From the NCBI GenBank assembly GCA_963803805.1, contig CAWDOD010000010.1, forward strand, positions 32,001 to 96,000: DNA of 64,000 bases, read 5' to 3'. The notes beneath the pieces were generated by a model. That model ran no database searches. It saw nothing but the letters and a program-made list of their open reading frames with translations, and was not told the DNA's origin. This document shows, piece by piece, positions 1 to 9,578 of the stretch. Numbering within the stretch: position 1 is the stretch's first letter; every line of letters starts with the position of its first letter. The translations under genes and the position numbers were made by a program. Source of the DNA: an uncultured cyanobacterium. Lineage in GTDB: Bacteria; Cyanobacteriota; Cyanobacteriia; Cyanobacteriales; CAWCAG01.

Positions 1-1047
1 GCGATGAAAAATATTCGCGCCCTTGATTCGATTAGTTTCGCTGATTGGTTCCGCAAACATGGAGGCAATAATGGTAGTTTGAAACGGATGTGGAATCCCA
101 TCGCCTACGCCTTGGGTTTTATTGATACAGAAAATATTTCCGCCCGTTGTATGCTAACCATTTTTCAACTCTTTGCCGCTAAAACGGAAGCTTCTGTATT
201 AAGAATGTTGGAAGGTTCACCCTATGAATATCTCCATAAACCGATTATTGATTATTTAGAAACTAGGGGAACCAAAATTCATACTCGCCGCCGAGTCAGG
301 GAAATTCTCTTTCAAGAAGAGGGAGAAGATACCCAAGTAACTGGTTTGGTGGTAGCTAATGGAGAAACGGAAGAAACTATTATCGCTGATGCCTATGTCT
401 GCGCTTGTGATCTACCGGGCATTCAAAGAATTTTGCCTCCAGAGTGGCGCAAGTGGTCAGAATTCGACAATATTTATCAATTAGAAGCTGTTCCTGTAGC
501 CACGGTACAACTACGCTTCGACGGTTGGGTAACAGAAATGCAAGACTCCCAAAAACGGCAACAGTTAAAAGAAGCCACAGGTATTGATAACCTACTTTAT
601 ACCCCTGATGCAGATTTTTCCTGCTTTGCTGATCTGGCTTTAACTAGTCCGGGTGATTATTACAAACAAGGAGAAGGTTCTTTACTACAATTGGTTTTAA
701 CCCCTGGAGATCCTTTTATTAAAAAGAATAATCAAGAAATTGCCCAACAGGTTTTGGCACAAGTGCAGGAACTTTTCCCTTCAGCTAGGGAATTGAATAT
801 GACTTGGTATAGTGTAGTTAAATTAGCCCAATCTCTCTACCGAGAAGCCCCTGGCATGGATGTTTATCGCCCGGCACAACAAACCCCTATTGATAACTTT
901 TTCTTAGCTGGTAGCTACACTCAACAGGATTATATCGATAGTATGGAAGGAGCAACTCTTTCTGGTAAACAAGCTGCCCAAGCAATATTGCAAAGTCAAA
1001 AGGTAAAAGGCAAAAGTCAAAAGCCCTTAGCAAAAGCTTTATCTTAA
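1..1047 (+). CDS. crtQ: zeta-carotene desaturase (5' end outside window)
   Basis: Motifs [25 protein letters not shown] and [19 protein letters not shown] are typical of cyanobacterial/plant ZDS; followed by an SRPBCC gene as is usual. Confidence 0.92.
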   Translation, partial: AMKNIRALDSISFADWFRKHGGNNGSLKRMWNPIAYALGFIDTENISARCMLTIFQLFAAKTEASVLRMLEGSPYEYLHKPIIDYLETRGTKIHTRRRVREILFQEEGEDTQVTGLVVANGETEETIIADAYVCACDLPGIQRILPPEWRKWSEFDNIYQLEAVPVATVQLRFDGWVTEMQDSQKRQQLKEATGIDNLLYTPDADFSCFADLALTSPGDYYKQGEGSLLQLVLTPGDPFIKKNNQEIAQQVLAQVQELFPSARELNMTWYSVVKLAQSLYREAPGMDVYRPAQQTPIDNFFLAGSYTQQDYIDSMEGATLSGKQAAQAILQSQKVKGKSQKPLAKALS

Positions 1048-1080
1048 AAACAGATACTTTTGCAACCAAGTAATAAAACC

Positions 1081-1115
1081 ATTACTTATTACTTATTACT
1101 TATTACTTATTACTT
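1081..1115. repeat. heptamer tandem repeat (ATTACTT) x5, STRR-like
   Basis: Read directly; explains the spurious 'ITYYLLLITYY' N-terminal extension in the ORF track. Confidence 0.85.
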
Positions 1116-1122
1116 GAAGCAA

Positions 1123-1560
1123 ATGTCCAAGTGGTTAGAACATAGTGTACAAGTCGAAGTTAATGTTCCCATTGAACTAGTATGGGGGCTTTGGTCAGAT
1201 TTAGAACAAATGCCCCGTTGGATGAAGTGGATTGATTCGGTTAACGTCTTAGAAGATAATCCGGAAATTTCTCGCTGGAAACTAGCTAGTGGTGTTTGGG
1301 AATTTACTTGGCTATCTCGTATTTTAAAATTAGTTCCTCAGCAAATTGTGCAATGGGAATCTGTAGATGGCTTGCCAAACCGAGGGGCAGTGCGTTTTTA
1401 TGACCGCAAAGGTAGCAGTATTGTTAAGCTAACTGTCGCTTATCAGGTTCCGAGGATTTTAGAAATTGTTGATAATCTATTTCTTGGACAAATTGTGGAA
1501 TCTTCTCTTCAAGCTGATATGGAAAGATTTAGAGAATATGCAATGCAGGTACAAGAGTAA
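1123..1560 (+). CDS. SRPBCC / polyketide cyclase family protein
   Basis: MSKWLEHSVQVEV...WSDLEQMPRWMKWI...GLPNRGAVRF; ATG at 1123 after the heptamer repeat. Confidence 0.88.
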   Translation: MSKWLEHSVQVEVNVPIELVWGLWSDLEQMPRWMKWIDSVNVLEDNPEISRWKLASGVWEFTWLSRILKLVPQQIVQWESVDGLPNRGAVRFYDRKGSSIVKLTVAYQVPRILEIVDNLFLGQIVESSLQADMERFREYAMQVQE

Positions 1561-1624
1561 GATCAATTCTGTTTGAACAGGTGCGGTTTAATTTTGGGTA
1601 TTGGGGAGAAGGTAAAGTACAAAG

Positions 1625-2173
1625 ATGAGCGATGATTCATTTCCATCAGTAGAAAAAACTTTAGGGGTTTGCTTGGCGATCGCAGGTATAACTTTAACTT
1701 TTGCTGTCGATGGTTCTCTTCCTGAACCGCAACAACCTGATGTAAACTTAAACCAGCAAAATACCACCGCCAGTTTCACTTCTCCCCTGCCACTGCCGGA
1801 GTTAACAGCAAACAACAGGCAGCAACGTTGGCTAGAAATAGACCTTTCCGACCAAAGATTGTTTGCTTGGGAAGGGAAAACTCAAGTTCATGCTGTGATT
1901 GTTTCTACTGGTAAGAGTAGTACTCCTACTCCCACAGGGAAGTTTGCTATTCAGCAAAAACTTCCTCAACAGCGAATGCAGGGGGCTGGGTATAGTCTCC
2001 CCAATGTCCCTCACGTGATGTACTATTCTGGCAACTACGCTATACACGGGGCTTACTGGCACAACAATTTTGGTGTTCCCGTTAGTCATGGTTGCATTAA
2101 TCTCGCCCCAGATCAAGCTAGGTGGTTTTATGACTGGGCTTCTATGGGGACACCTGTGGTAATCCATGAGTAA
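1625..2173 (+). CDS. L,D-transpeptidase (YkuD family)
   Basis: IDLSDQRL, VSTGK..TPTG, AIHGAYWH..FG..SHGCINL catalytic motif. Confidence 0.92.
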   Translation: MSDDSFPSVEKTLGVCLAIAGITLTFAVDGSLPEPQQPDVNLNQQNTTASFTSPLPLPELTANNRQQRWLEIDLSDQRLFAWEGKTQVHAVIVSTGKSSTPTPTGKFAIQQKLPQQRMQGAGYSLPNVPHVMYYSGNYAIHGAYWHNNFGVPVSHGCINLAPDQARWFYDWASMGTPVVIHE

Positions 2174-2415
2174 AGTTCTTCTGGCATGATTGTGGTGATT
2201 AATTAATTTCAAATAATTTCTTTATTAATAAAGGAAATAACAGATTCTTCACCTCCAAATACATTTTTTACAAGGAAGCAAGCTTCAGTAATTACAAATT
2301 TGCAACTTAAGAGGAGTTTCCAAAGTTTAAGATTTTGCAATCAAATTTTGATTGTAGTCCTGAGCAGAAGATTTTTATCTGAAAAAGTGAGTAGTAACTC
2401 ATTAGTAGGATAGAT

Positions 2416-2592
2416 ATGGCGGATAAACTACAAAATTTTAGAAGAAGAAAATTAAGGGAAGAATTAACAAATATAGAGGCTTCACTTGAGCAGGCAAAAA
2501 AAGCTTTTTCCGCAGAGAAAGAATTAGTTACAGCAATTAAAGAAACTAAGGATGAAACATCAAAAATAGCTCAAGGTATAAAATCTGAGTAG
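2416..2592 (+). CDS. small helical protein, 58 aa (below ORF-track cutoff)
   Basis: ATG 2416 with AGGA upstream; MADKLQNFRRRKLREELTNIEASLEQAKKAFSAEKELVTAIKETKDETSKIAQGIKSE; aligns without gaps to the next ORF. Confidence 0.55.
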   Translation: MADKLQNFRRRKLREELTNIEASLEQAKKAFSAEKELVTAIKETKDETSKIAQGIKSE

Positions 2593-2660
2593 ACTATTTT
2601 CTGATAGATAAACGAAGTCCTGAATATTGAATAAAATCAATACACATAAGGACTTCAAAA

Positions 2661-2813
2661 ATGGGATTCCGTAGAAGAGATTTAGAACAAGTACTCGTGG
2701 AAATGAAAAGCAAAGTTCAAGAGCTTGAAGATACTACTAATCAGGATAAAAATTTGCTGTCATACGTTACAGAAATTAGAAAAGCCATAGATAATGTTTT
2801 ATCTCAGCTCTAA
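2661..2813 (+). CDS. small helical protein, 50 aa, likely paralog of 2416-2592
   Basis: AAGGA upstream; MGFRRRDLEQVLVEMKSKVQELEDTTNQDKNLLSYVTEIRKAIDNVLSQL. Confidence 0.55.
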   Translation: MGFRRRDLEQVLVEMKSKVQELEDTTNQDKNLLSYVTEIRKAIDNVLSQL

Positions 2814-3060
2814 ATTGAAATTATAAATTGACCAGCTAGTAGGGTAATAACCCTATGAGCATCTACCTAAAACACGCTTTTATAGATAATAGACCTCTTG
2901 CAAAATACAAAAATCAAGCTCTAATGATATTGGTTTTTAGGAAAATTAGACTTTTGTATGGGATCTATCATGCTAAAAAAGCAAACTTTGGTAAAAATCA
3001 CTATAAAAATACAACGATTAAGAGCTTAATGCCCCTTTACTTTTTTTGAGTAAACAAATA

Positions 3061-4398
3061 TCAACGAGAAAGATAACTAACCAGATAGTCAAGGTATGGT
3101 TCAAATTCTTCTACTACTCCATCAGAAAACCTATTTACACCCCATTGTTTTTTCATAAATTTAAAAGCTTCTATATATACTTTTTGAGGTAAAGCGATGG
3201 GTTTCTCTAATTGTTTATCTATGGGTTCACCGTAAATAAGACTATCACTGAGCCAATCTATATAATTGCTAATTTCTTCTTGAAAAGATTGAATTTCATT
3301 GGGAGTATATTTATAAATAATATCTTTATCTTGAACATCTTCATTGTTTTTGATTAGGGTACACTTGGTAAGTGACTCTACTATCGTATATTTATTCTCC
3401 TTTAGCCATTCTGCAGCTATTCTAGCCATACGATCACGTCGCTCAATTTCTTGTATTTTCAACATAGATTCTTGTATGTCATTCTTAAACTGAACTAATT
3501 CATCCGTATTTTCTAATAAATTAGGCTGCTTGATATCCTGAATTTTTTGATTAATTGTTATATTCAATTCGTCAAATAGCCCTTTTAATTTCTTTGTTTC
3601 CTGAGAAATAATTGGCTTATTAACAACTGAAGGATCGTATTGTACTAAAGTTATAGGGCGACCCCATCCCATACGAATGGGTTCTTGACCAGAACGTTTT
3701 AACTCTTCATTAATGACAGCAAAAGCGCGATCACAAATTATTTTACCGTCACTTCCTGCCTGGCTTTCTTGCAACCCATTTAACAAAGCTTGAGTAAAAA
3801 AGCTATATTTTTCTCCTTCATAGGCAGATTCTTTTGGGCGACAAGCAGCCAGAAGAAAATAGTCTTTGCTACTGGAATTAAAAGTAGTGAGGGTATTAGT
3901 AACTAACTGCGTTTCTAACATAGAACCAGCATGACAACAATCGAGGATGACTACCAAGCTGCTAACTTGAGATTTTTGGATAAGATTGTTAAGTCGACGC
4001 AAAGAAATACCATTTTGCTGACTTAAAATATCTCTATCCTTCTTTTCCACCTCACAATCAGAGGTGGCCAAAAACCCTTCTTGTTCCTCATCTAACTCAT
4101 CGAAAACTGCAATTCCATGACCGCTAAAATAGATCAGTGCTTCACTGTTGGCAGCTTGTTCTGTTAGAAAGTACTTTAATTCATCGGTTAAAGTTTTTCC
4201 TGTAAGCCTCTTAGTTTCTCCAACTTCACAACAACTATGAGTTAGCCATTTAGCTGGCAAACGTTTGACTCCCTGGAAATTACCATGTTTTTCCAGTAAC
4301 TTAGCTATAGCTTCTGCATCAACAGCAGCCTTTTTCAAATTTTCAAGGTAATAACTATCGTATTTGGAAATGCCGACTACTAGAGCATAGCGTTTCAT
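3061..4398 (-). CDS. caspase-like (peptidase C14) protein with C-terminal helical domain
   Basis: YALVVGISKY, IYFSGHG and ILDCCHAG (His/Cys dyad); likely start MKRYALVVG at 4398. Confidence 0.88.
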   Translation of the reverse strand: MKRYALVVGISKYDSYYLENLKKAAVDAEAIAKLLEKHGNFQGVKRLPAKWLTHSCCEVGETKRLTGKTLTDELKYFLTEQAANSEALIYFSGHGIAVFDELDEEQEGFLATSDCEVEKKDRDILSQQNGISLRRLNNLIQKSQVSSLVVILDCCHAGSMLETQLVTNTLTTFNSSSKDYFLLAACRPKESAYEGEKYSFFTQALLNGLQESQAGSDGKIICDRAFAVINEELKRSGQEPIRMGWGRPITLVQYDPSVVNKPIISQETKKLKGLFDELNITINQKIQDIKQPNLLENTDELVQFKNDIQESMLKIQEIERRDRMARIAAEWLKENKYTIVESLTKCTLIKNNEDVQDKDIIYKYTPNEIQSFQEEISNYIDWLSDSLIYGEPIDKQLEKPIALPQKVYIEAFKFMKKQWGVNRFSDGVVEEFEPYLDYLVSYLSR

Positions 4399-4563
4399 AT
4401 TTTTGGAGGGTTTTAAAATTTCTCTGGCCTTATAACACAAGTAAATATTAGGGATAGACCAAAACTAAGCTTGATAACTTGTAAACATCTAAAACAATTT
4501 TAACGATATATACTAATAAGGTACTAGAAAACTAGCAAAAACTTTATATTGCAGGGGTAGTTA

Positions 4564-4929
4564 ATGTCAGAAGTCCAGCGTTTACTTCTCAAAGAGAACG
4601 GTGAAACCTATGAAATTTATATTGAAACTAAAACCAAACCGCAATTTCCTGAATCTGTAGAAGAAATTGAGCCAGTGGTACGTCGTTCTAAGGGTGCTAG
4701 CGAAAAAGCTTTAGTTAAAATGCAGGCTGCAAGAAGAATGATTCGCGGTTACACTCTTTATGCTTTGAGTGCTTTTAGAAATTTTACTGAAGCAGAAGTA
4801 GAACAAGTTACTCTCAAGTTTGGTTTAAAGATTGGTGGCACAGTAGGTATCCCTTACATTACTGAGGGTAAAACTGAAAGTAACTTAGAAATCGAAGTCA
4901 AATGCAAATTTCCTAATTCATCTCAATGA
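4564..4929 (+). CDS. CU044_2847-like / peptidase-co-occurring small protein
   Basis: VEQVTLKFGLKIGG..GIPYITEG..ESNLEIEV pattern; divergent from the caspase. Confidence 0.65.
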   Translation: MSEVQRLLLKENGETYEIYIETKTKPQFPESVEEIEPVVRRSKGASEKALVKMQAARRMIRGYTLYALSAFRNFTEAEVEQVTLKFGLKIGGTVGIPYITEGKTESNLEIEVKCKFPNSSQ

Positions 4930-5116
4930 GATTTGTTTTACCTGGAGATAGAATCATAGACCCTCTACCTTGTCCCTTTGGTAATAAGAAAAAATCCTTT
5001 GAGCTTGTTAGGCTTGAATTCAGAAACCATAAGTCTTGAAATGCTAACTCTAAAACTTGATTTTACCAATAATTCTTTTTAAGAAATCACTGAGATCAGG
5101 AATTTTCTTCAACTTG

Positions 5117-6970
5117 TCACCAATATCTAACACTAGGTCGCTTCGCCATAGTAGGAAACATCCCCTTAAATCCAGATTGACGTTGTTCGGCTGGTTCCTC
5201 GCTTAAGTTCCATAAGCTTTCATAAAAGAAGAAAGAAACTCCTGCAAAGTTCTGTTCTCGAACGGTTTGTACTTGTTCTTGAATATTTTTTAAGGGAATG
5301 GGAATGGGTTTGATGCCAGATAAAATACCAATACCTGTAGGAATATGATTTTTAGCTAGTTGTAAAGTAGGATGGGCTAATTCTTGCTCAAATCTCTCAA
5401 GATCTCGGCGGTAAACTTGTACAATTAATTCTTCAATGTAGCCTTCTCTTTCCCAAGTATGCCAGTCCTGTAAATACTTTTCGTAGGCAAATTCATGAGG
5501 ATTAGGGGAAAGTCCTACTAAGACAGCAGGCTTGGTTTTTTTAACCGCTTGAAATACTTGTTTAAATGAATTGGTGATTTTTCCTGCCCGCCAACGCACC
5601 CATTCGGGATCTTCGTAGTTACTAGGAGGAACTTTGCCGTTGTGTTCTTGCTGATATAATTTAACGCTGAAGGAATCGTAACCAAAGTCTGAGGGGATGC
5701 CAAAATGGTCATCAAATTGAATGCCATCTATGTCATAGTTGCTGACAACCTCTACCACTAAATCTTCGATGAACTCTTGCACTTCCGGATGGAGAGGATT
5801 AAGCCATACCCTTCTGTGAACATTACCCTCTAACCAAATAGTATCCCCATCCCTACGACTAGTTAGCCAGTCGGGATGGCGTTTTGCTAATTCTGAGTCC
5901 GCAGGGGCCATAAAACCAAATTCAAACCAAGGAATGACATCCATGGTAGGGTTATGATCGCGGGCTAGGGAGATAATTTCTTGCAGCATATCTCGGTTTT
6001 GCAATCCTGGTTCAGGGTCGAGTTTTTGGCCAATAACTTTTTGTGCTACGTCGCTAGGGTAAAGGGTGTGTCCCCAATTCCACACCGTTGGGTAAAGGGT
6101 ATTAAAATTCAACTGGCCTAAACTGGCAATACCTTGGGCTAAGCGATCGCGAGAAAAAAGAACATCGCTATCAATATTAGTTAACCACACTCCCCTCAAC
6201 TCCGTCGGTTTTGCTATAGGGTTACTAGCGACATATTGAGTCGGAATAACTTGCTGATAATCCAATGCTTGGCACAAAAAAGCTGCTACTTCCCCCCGAC
6301 TAGCTAATTCTTGGGGTCGAAGTTGACGAACATTAGGATAATTAACTACTAGCTTTTTCTCTGTGGCGGCAGCGATCGCATCCTTCGCATAGGTAGGAAT
6401 TTGGTTAGCATCTGCGAAGGCATTATTCAAAATTCCATCTACTACAGAAGTAGATGGAACTTGGTTTAAACCAGCAACTAAAGCAAGCAAAACCTCTACC
6501 CTAGGAATATTTTTGTCAGGTTGAAATGTCGCATCTGGATAGCCAATCAGAAACCCGGTTTGTACTGCCCGAGTAATGGGAGGAATTGCCCAATAATCAG
6601 GACTAAGATCCCTAAATTCCCGACTGCTACGGATGTTCTCTGCTTTGGGAAAAGCCTTACTAACAATAGCAGCAAACTCTGCCCTAGTTACAGGCAAATT
6701 GGGCTTGAAACTACCATCAGGATAGCCACTGATAATGTTTTGTTGTGCCAACTGTTGAATACAAGACTTGCCCCAATAACCTTGAATATCATTTAAAACG
6801 ACTTGGGAACTAGCAGGAGGTAACTTGATTGTCGTCAGTACTAAACTGAAGACTAAAAGAAAAACTAGCCAAGCTTTACGTCCAAAGTGGTGGCTAAAGA
6901 AAATTAATTTATCTATACAAAAATTAAAAAGTTGAGAAATAGATTGTTTCATCTCTCCTTTATATTTCAT
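5117..6970 (-). CDS. SLH-domain protein with GH10-like (YngK/GHL10) glycoside hydrolase domain
   Basis: SLH repeats (GYPDGSFKPN..TRAE), then ELRGVWLT, PWFEFG, DGIQFDDHF. Confidence 0.88.
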   Translation of the reverse strand: MKYKGEMKQSISQLFNFCIDKLIFFSHHFGRKAWLVFLLVFSLVLTTIKLPPASSQVVLNDIQGYWGKSCIQQLAQQNIISGYPDGSFKPNLPVTRAEFAAIVSKAFPKAENIRSSREFRDLSPDYWAIPPITRAVQTGFLIGYPDATFQPDKNIPRVEVLLALVAGLNQVPSTSVVDGILNNAFADANQIPTYAKDAIAAATEKKLVVNYPNVRQLRPQELASRGEVAAFLCQALDYQQVIPTQYVASNPIAKPTELRGVWLTNIDSDVLFSRDRLAQGIASLGQLNFNTLYPTVWNWGHTLYPSDVAQKVIGQKLDPEPGLQNRDMLQEIISLARDHNPTMDVIPWFEFGFMAPADSELAKRHPDWLTSRRDGDTIWLEGNVHRRVWLNPLHPEVQEFIEDLVVEVVSNYDIDGIQFDDHFGIPSDFGYDSFSVKLYQQEHNGKVPPSNYEDPEWVRWRAGKITNSFKQVFQAVKKTKPAVLVGLSPNPHEFAYEKYLQDWHTWEREGYIEELIVQVYRRDLERFEQELAHPTLQLAKNHIPTGIGILSGIKPIPIPLKNIQEQVQTVREQNFAGVSFFFYESLWNLSEEPAEQRQSGFKGMFPTMAKRPSVRYW

Positions 6971-7322
6971 ACTTTACGCTTCCTTAAATAATTAGAGTCT
7001 GACTCCAGATTCTCGATTTTCAAACCCTGTGGTTGTTTTAAGACTATTTATTCTGTCAGATGTTGCTATATTTAAACCTATTTTGGGGTAACTTAGGGAC
7101 AGAAACGGAATAAGTACGGTAAAGACAAGCTTAGTCAAACCAGGCTACCTAGTAGAAAATACTTATTCATTATGATGGCTTTTTCCGTTATCTTTCTAGG
7201 GAATCAACCTAACTTTAGGCTTAAGTAAACGTTGTGCTTTAAATCACGATCTACCCCTAAAGGCATACCCTGGCTGTGAATTTGCCAGATATTGAGTCAA
7301 GAAACACTCCTAAAAGCAACTA

Positions 7323-7880
7323 ATGGTTACTAATTCTGAACGCTTTTTCCCTCCAGAAAACGGTTTTCATCATTCCCAAACCAGTTTTTCTTCAGAGAAC
7401 GAGCGATCACTCCACCGTTTAAACAGAGCAATTAACCTATCTCAAGGAGAATTTTCCTTGATTTTATGTGTTTGTAACGTACCCGCCTTAAGAAGAAAAA
7501 TAACTAAGCAACTCCAAGCGATTTCACCTTTAAAAGTTAATGAATTAACTTTGCATCCTTCGGTAAACACACTTTTTTCTACAGTTCAAACTAGTTTACA
7601 AAATCAATCTCCCGATGCTTTAGTGATTTTAGGATTGGAATCGGTGGTTAATCTTGATGATTTGCTTAGTTCCACTAATTTAGTGCGAGAGTTATTTGCT
7701 CAGGAATTTGCTTTTCCCCTGGTTTTGTGGGTGAACGACGATACATTAAGAAAACTAACACGTATCTATACCGATTTTAGAAGTTGGGGTGGTAGTTCAA
7801 TTCGCTTTGAAGTTTCCTATACCAAAAAATTTCACAGAAATAGTTGTTGGCCCTTACAATATCAGATTATTACGGCTTAA
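7323..7880 (+). CDS. hypothetical protein resembling the N-terminal module of large cyanobacterial NTPase/WD40 proteins
   Basis: LNRAINLSQGEFSLILCVCN...FPLVLWVND...DFRSW; stands alone here. Confidence 0.55.
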   Translation: MVTNSERFFPPENGFHHSQTSFSSENERSLHRLNRAINLSQGEFSLILCVCNVPALRRKITKQLQAISPLKVNELTLHPSVNTLFSTVQTSLQNQSPDALVILGLESVVNLDDLLSSTNLVRELFAQEFAFPLVLWVNDDTLRKLTRIYTDFRSWGGSSIRFEVSYTKKFHRNSCWPLQYQIITA

Positions 7881-8714
7881 GTTTCTACCAAAGGTGATGC
7901 TGTTTTTGAATTTGCCCAAGGGAAAGACTTGTATTTGAAGTAAAAACCTAGAGATCACAAAGCCCAAAATAACTAAGCTGCCAATACCAATAGTACTAGG
8001 AAGCCAGAAAAGAGCTTCAATATGATTAACCTCACCGGGTTGTAGCTTCCAAACTAAGCTTGAACCATCCTTTTGAGAAGGAATTAAGGCATTTGCCTCT
8101 TGCGCGACGCTACGAGCGCCCCAGGGTGTATTCAGAACAAATTCTAGATTAATTAATGAACCAGGGCTAACCGCTACATTGGTGTTGGAGTTAAGAAAAT
8201 CCAAGGCACGCAAATCCAAATCTAAGCTCAAGCGGTTACGTTGTAATAATAGCCAATTATTTTGCTTGATTTCCATTTGTGATTTGAGTTGTACCAAATC
8301 AAAACTATCTTGAGCCGTAGGTTGGGTATTTTGTTCGGGATTAGGATTAAAAAATTGGTTGAACTTCTTAGCTAAGTCTTGGGCATTATAGAAAGGAATG
8401 GTGGCAACAATTTCCTGCTCAGAGATTTTCTCGGTTTTCCCTTGAAGTTGTTGTGTCCTTTGTTTGATACTGTCTAACCATTGCTGGGCTTCAGACTGGC
8501 TAAAGTTAGCTAATTGATCGCTAAGTTTAATATGTTGAACAATTTCTCCTCTATGCAAGCCAGCAAAATTGACTCCGAGATCATATCGTACGCAACCGGA
8601 TAAAAGTAGGGTGATGACAAAAAACAAGGCGACAAAAAGAGAACGATAGGGTAAGAAATTTGAACTACTGGATTTGGTTTTGATGCTCATAATTTGTAGA
8701 TTAAAATTTCCCAA
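7854..8714 (-). CDS. DUF3153 lipoprotein (probable frameshift near C-terminus)
   Basis: LLLSGCVRYDLGVNF lipobox; WKLQPGEVNHIEA..WLPS.IGIG. Confidence 0.75.
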   Translation of the reverse strand: MGNFNLQIMSIKTKSSSSNFLPYRSLFVALFFVITLLLSGCVRYDLGVNFAGLHRGEIVQHIKLSDQLANFSQSEAQQWLDSIKQRTQQLQGKTEKISEQEIVATIPFYNAQDLAKKFNQFFNPNPEQNTQPTAQDSFDLVQLKSQMEIKQNNWLLLQRNRLSLDLDLRALDFLNSNTNVAVSPGSLINLEFVLNTPWGARSVAQEANALIPSQKDGSSLVWKLQPGEVNHIEALFWLPSTIGIGSLVILGFVISRFLLQIQVFPLGKFKNSITFGRNLSRNNLIL

Positions 8715-8810
8715 ATCTTAGCAAAGAATATCTCTTTGCCGATAGAAGCACAATCTGGACAAAATTTGCTTTAATATTCTTGGGCTTAATTAACCTACAT
8801 AATCTAAAAG

Positions 8811-9569
8811 ATGCCTAATCAACCCAAAAATAATGATGTTGTTCTCGGCAGTGGTTTCCACAAAGATGGGGCAGTTTCAGGAGGGATAGAGGGGTTAAAA
8901 AGACGTTTAAATCATCAAGATTGGCAAGTTAGAACAACTGCTTTATCAGAAGCGCTCGCCCATAGCAATACAGCTTTGGATTTAGTTATTAATGCACTGC
9001 AAGACGATTCTGCGGCAGTGAGACAAGCAGCATTGGTATTACTCCAGCAAAGTAGTGAACAGAAAATAAAGCAAGCAATTCAAACCTATAGAAATTCTTT
9101 TAACCTTATTACTGAAGGTATCGGTTATCAAAAAGTTAAGTTAGGCATGAATCAAAAACAAGTTCTAAGCAACCTCGGTAAACCTGAGAAGATTAGGGGC
9201 TACGAGAAAGGGAAAAGTCTCTATTACTGCTATTATAGCTTGGGTTTAAGTCTACTTTTTATTCAAGATTTAGTAACAAATTTATTCTTCTATAGTGGCA
9301 TTGCTGGGGGAAACATTAGGTGCGATTATCAAAGGTTTTTGGGACAAACAACGAGTTGTATTGACTTAAATTCTAAGTACAAAGAGGTTATTAAAGCTTA
9401 TGGTGAGCTTAAAGAAGAAGAAGAGGAATTACTAGCTTCTATTCCTGGAATTAGAGTCTTTTATCCTTCTAAAGGTATTGGTTTTTATTTTGTTAAGTCA
9501 AGCCAAGAAATAGTTTACATCTGGATTAATGAAGTTTTTACTCCCGATTGGCTCTTGCAGAAAAGGTAA
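8811..9569 (+). CDS. HEAT-repeat-containing hypothetical protein
   Basis: GGIEGLKRRL...ALDLVINALQDD HEAT-like N-terminus; LGMNQKQVLSNLGKP C-terminal domain. Confidence 0.6.
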   Translation: MPNQPKNNDVVLGSGFHKDGAVSGGIEGLKRRLNHQDWQVRTTALSEALAHSNTALDLVINALQDDSAAVRQAALVLLQQSSEQKIKQAIQTYRNSFNLITEGIGYQKVKLGMNQKQVLSNLGKPEKIRGYEKGKSLYYCYYSLGLSLLFIQDLVTNLFFYSGIAGGNIRCDYQRFLGQTTSCIDLNSKYKEVIKAYGELKEEEEELLASIPGIRVFYPSKGIGFYFVKSSQEIVYIWINEVFTPDWLLQKR

Positions 9570-9578
9570 TTTCAATTA

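Noticed and set aside
1060-1122. N-terminal extension of the SRPBCC ORF
   Set aside because: Translation of a heptamer repeat; the real start is likely ATG 1123.
2855-3049. 64-aa ORF
   Set aside because: No RBS or recognisable features, and unrelated to the FRRRxL pair.
6372-6385. Possible self-target of the CRISPR spacer (GCGATCGCATCC)
   Set aside because: Only about 12 nt match, mostly the ubiquitous HIP1 octamer.
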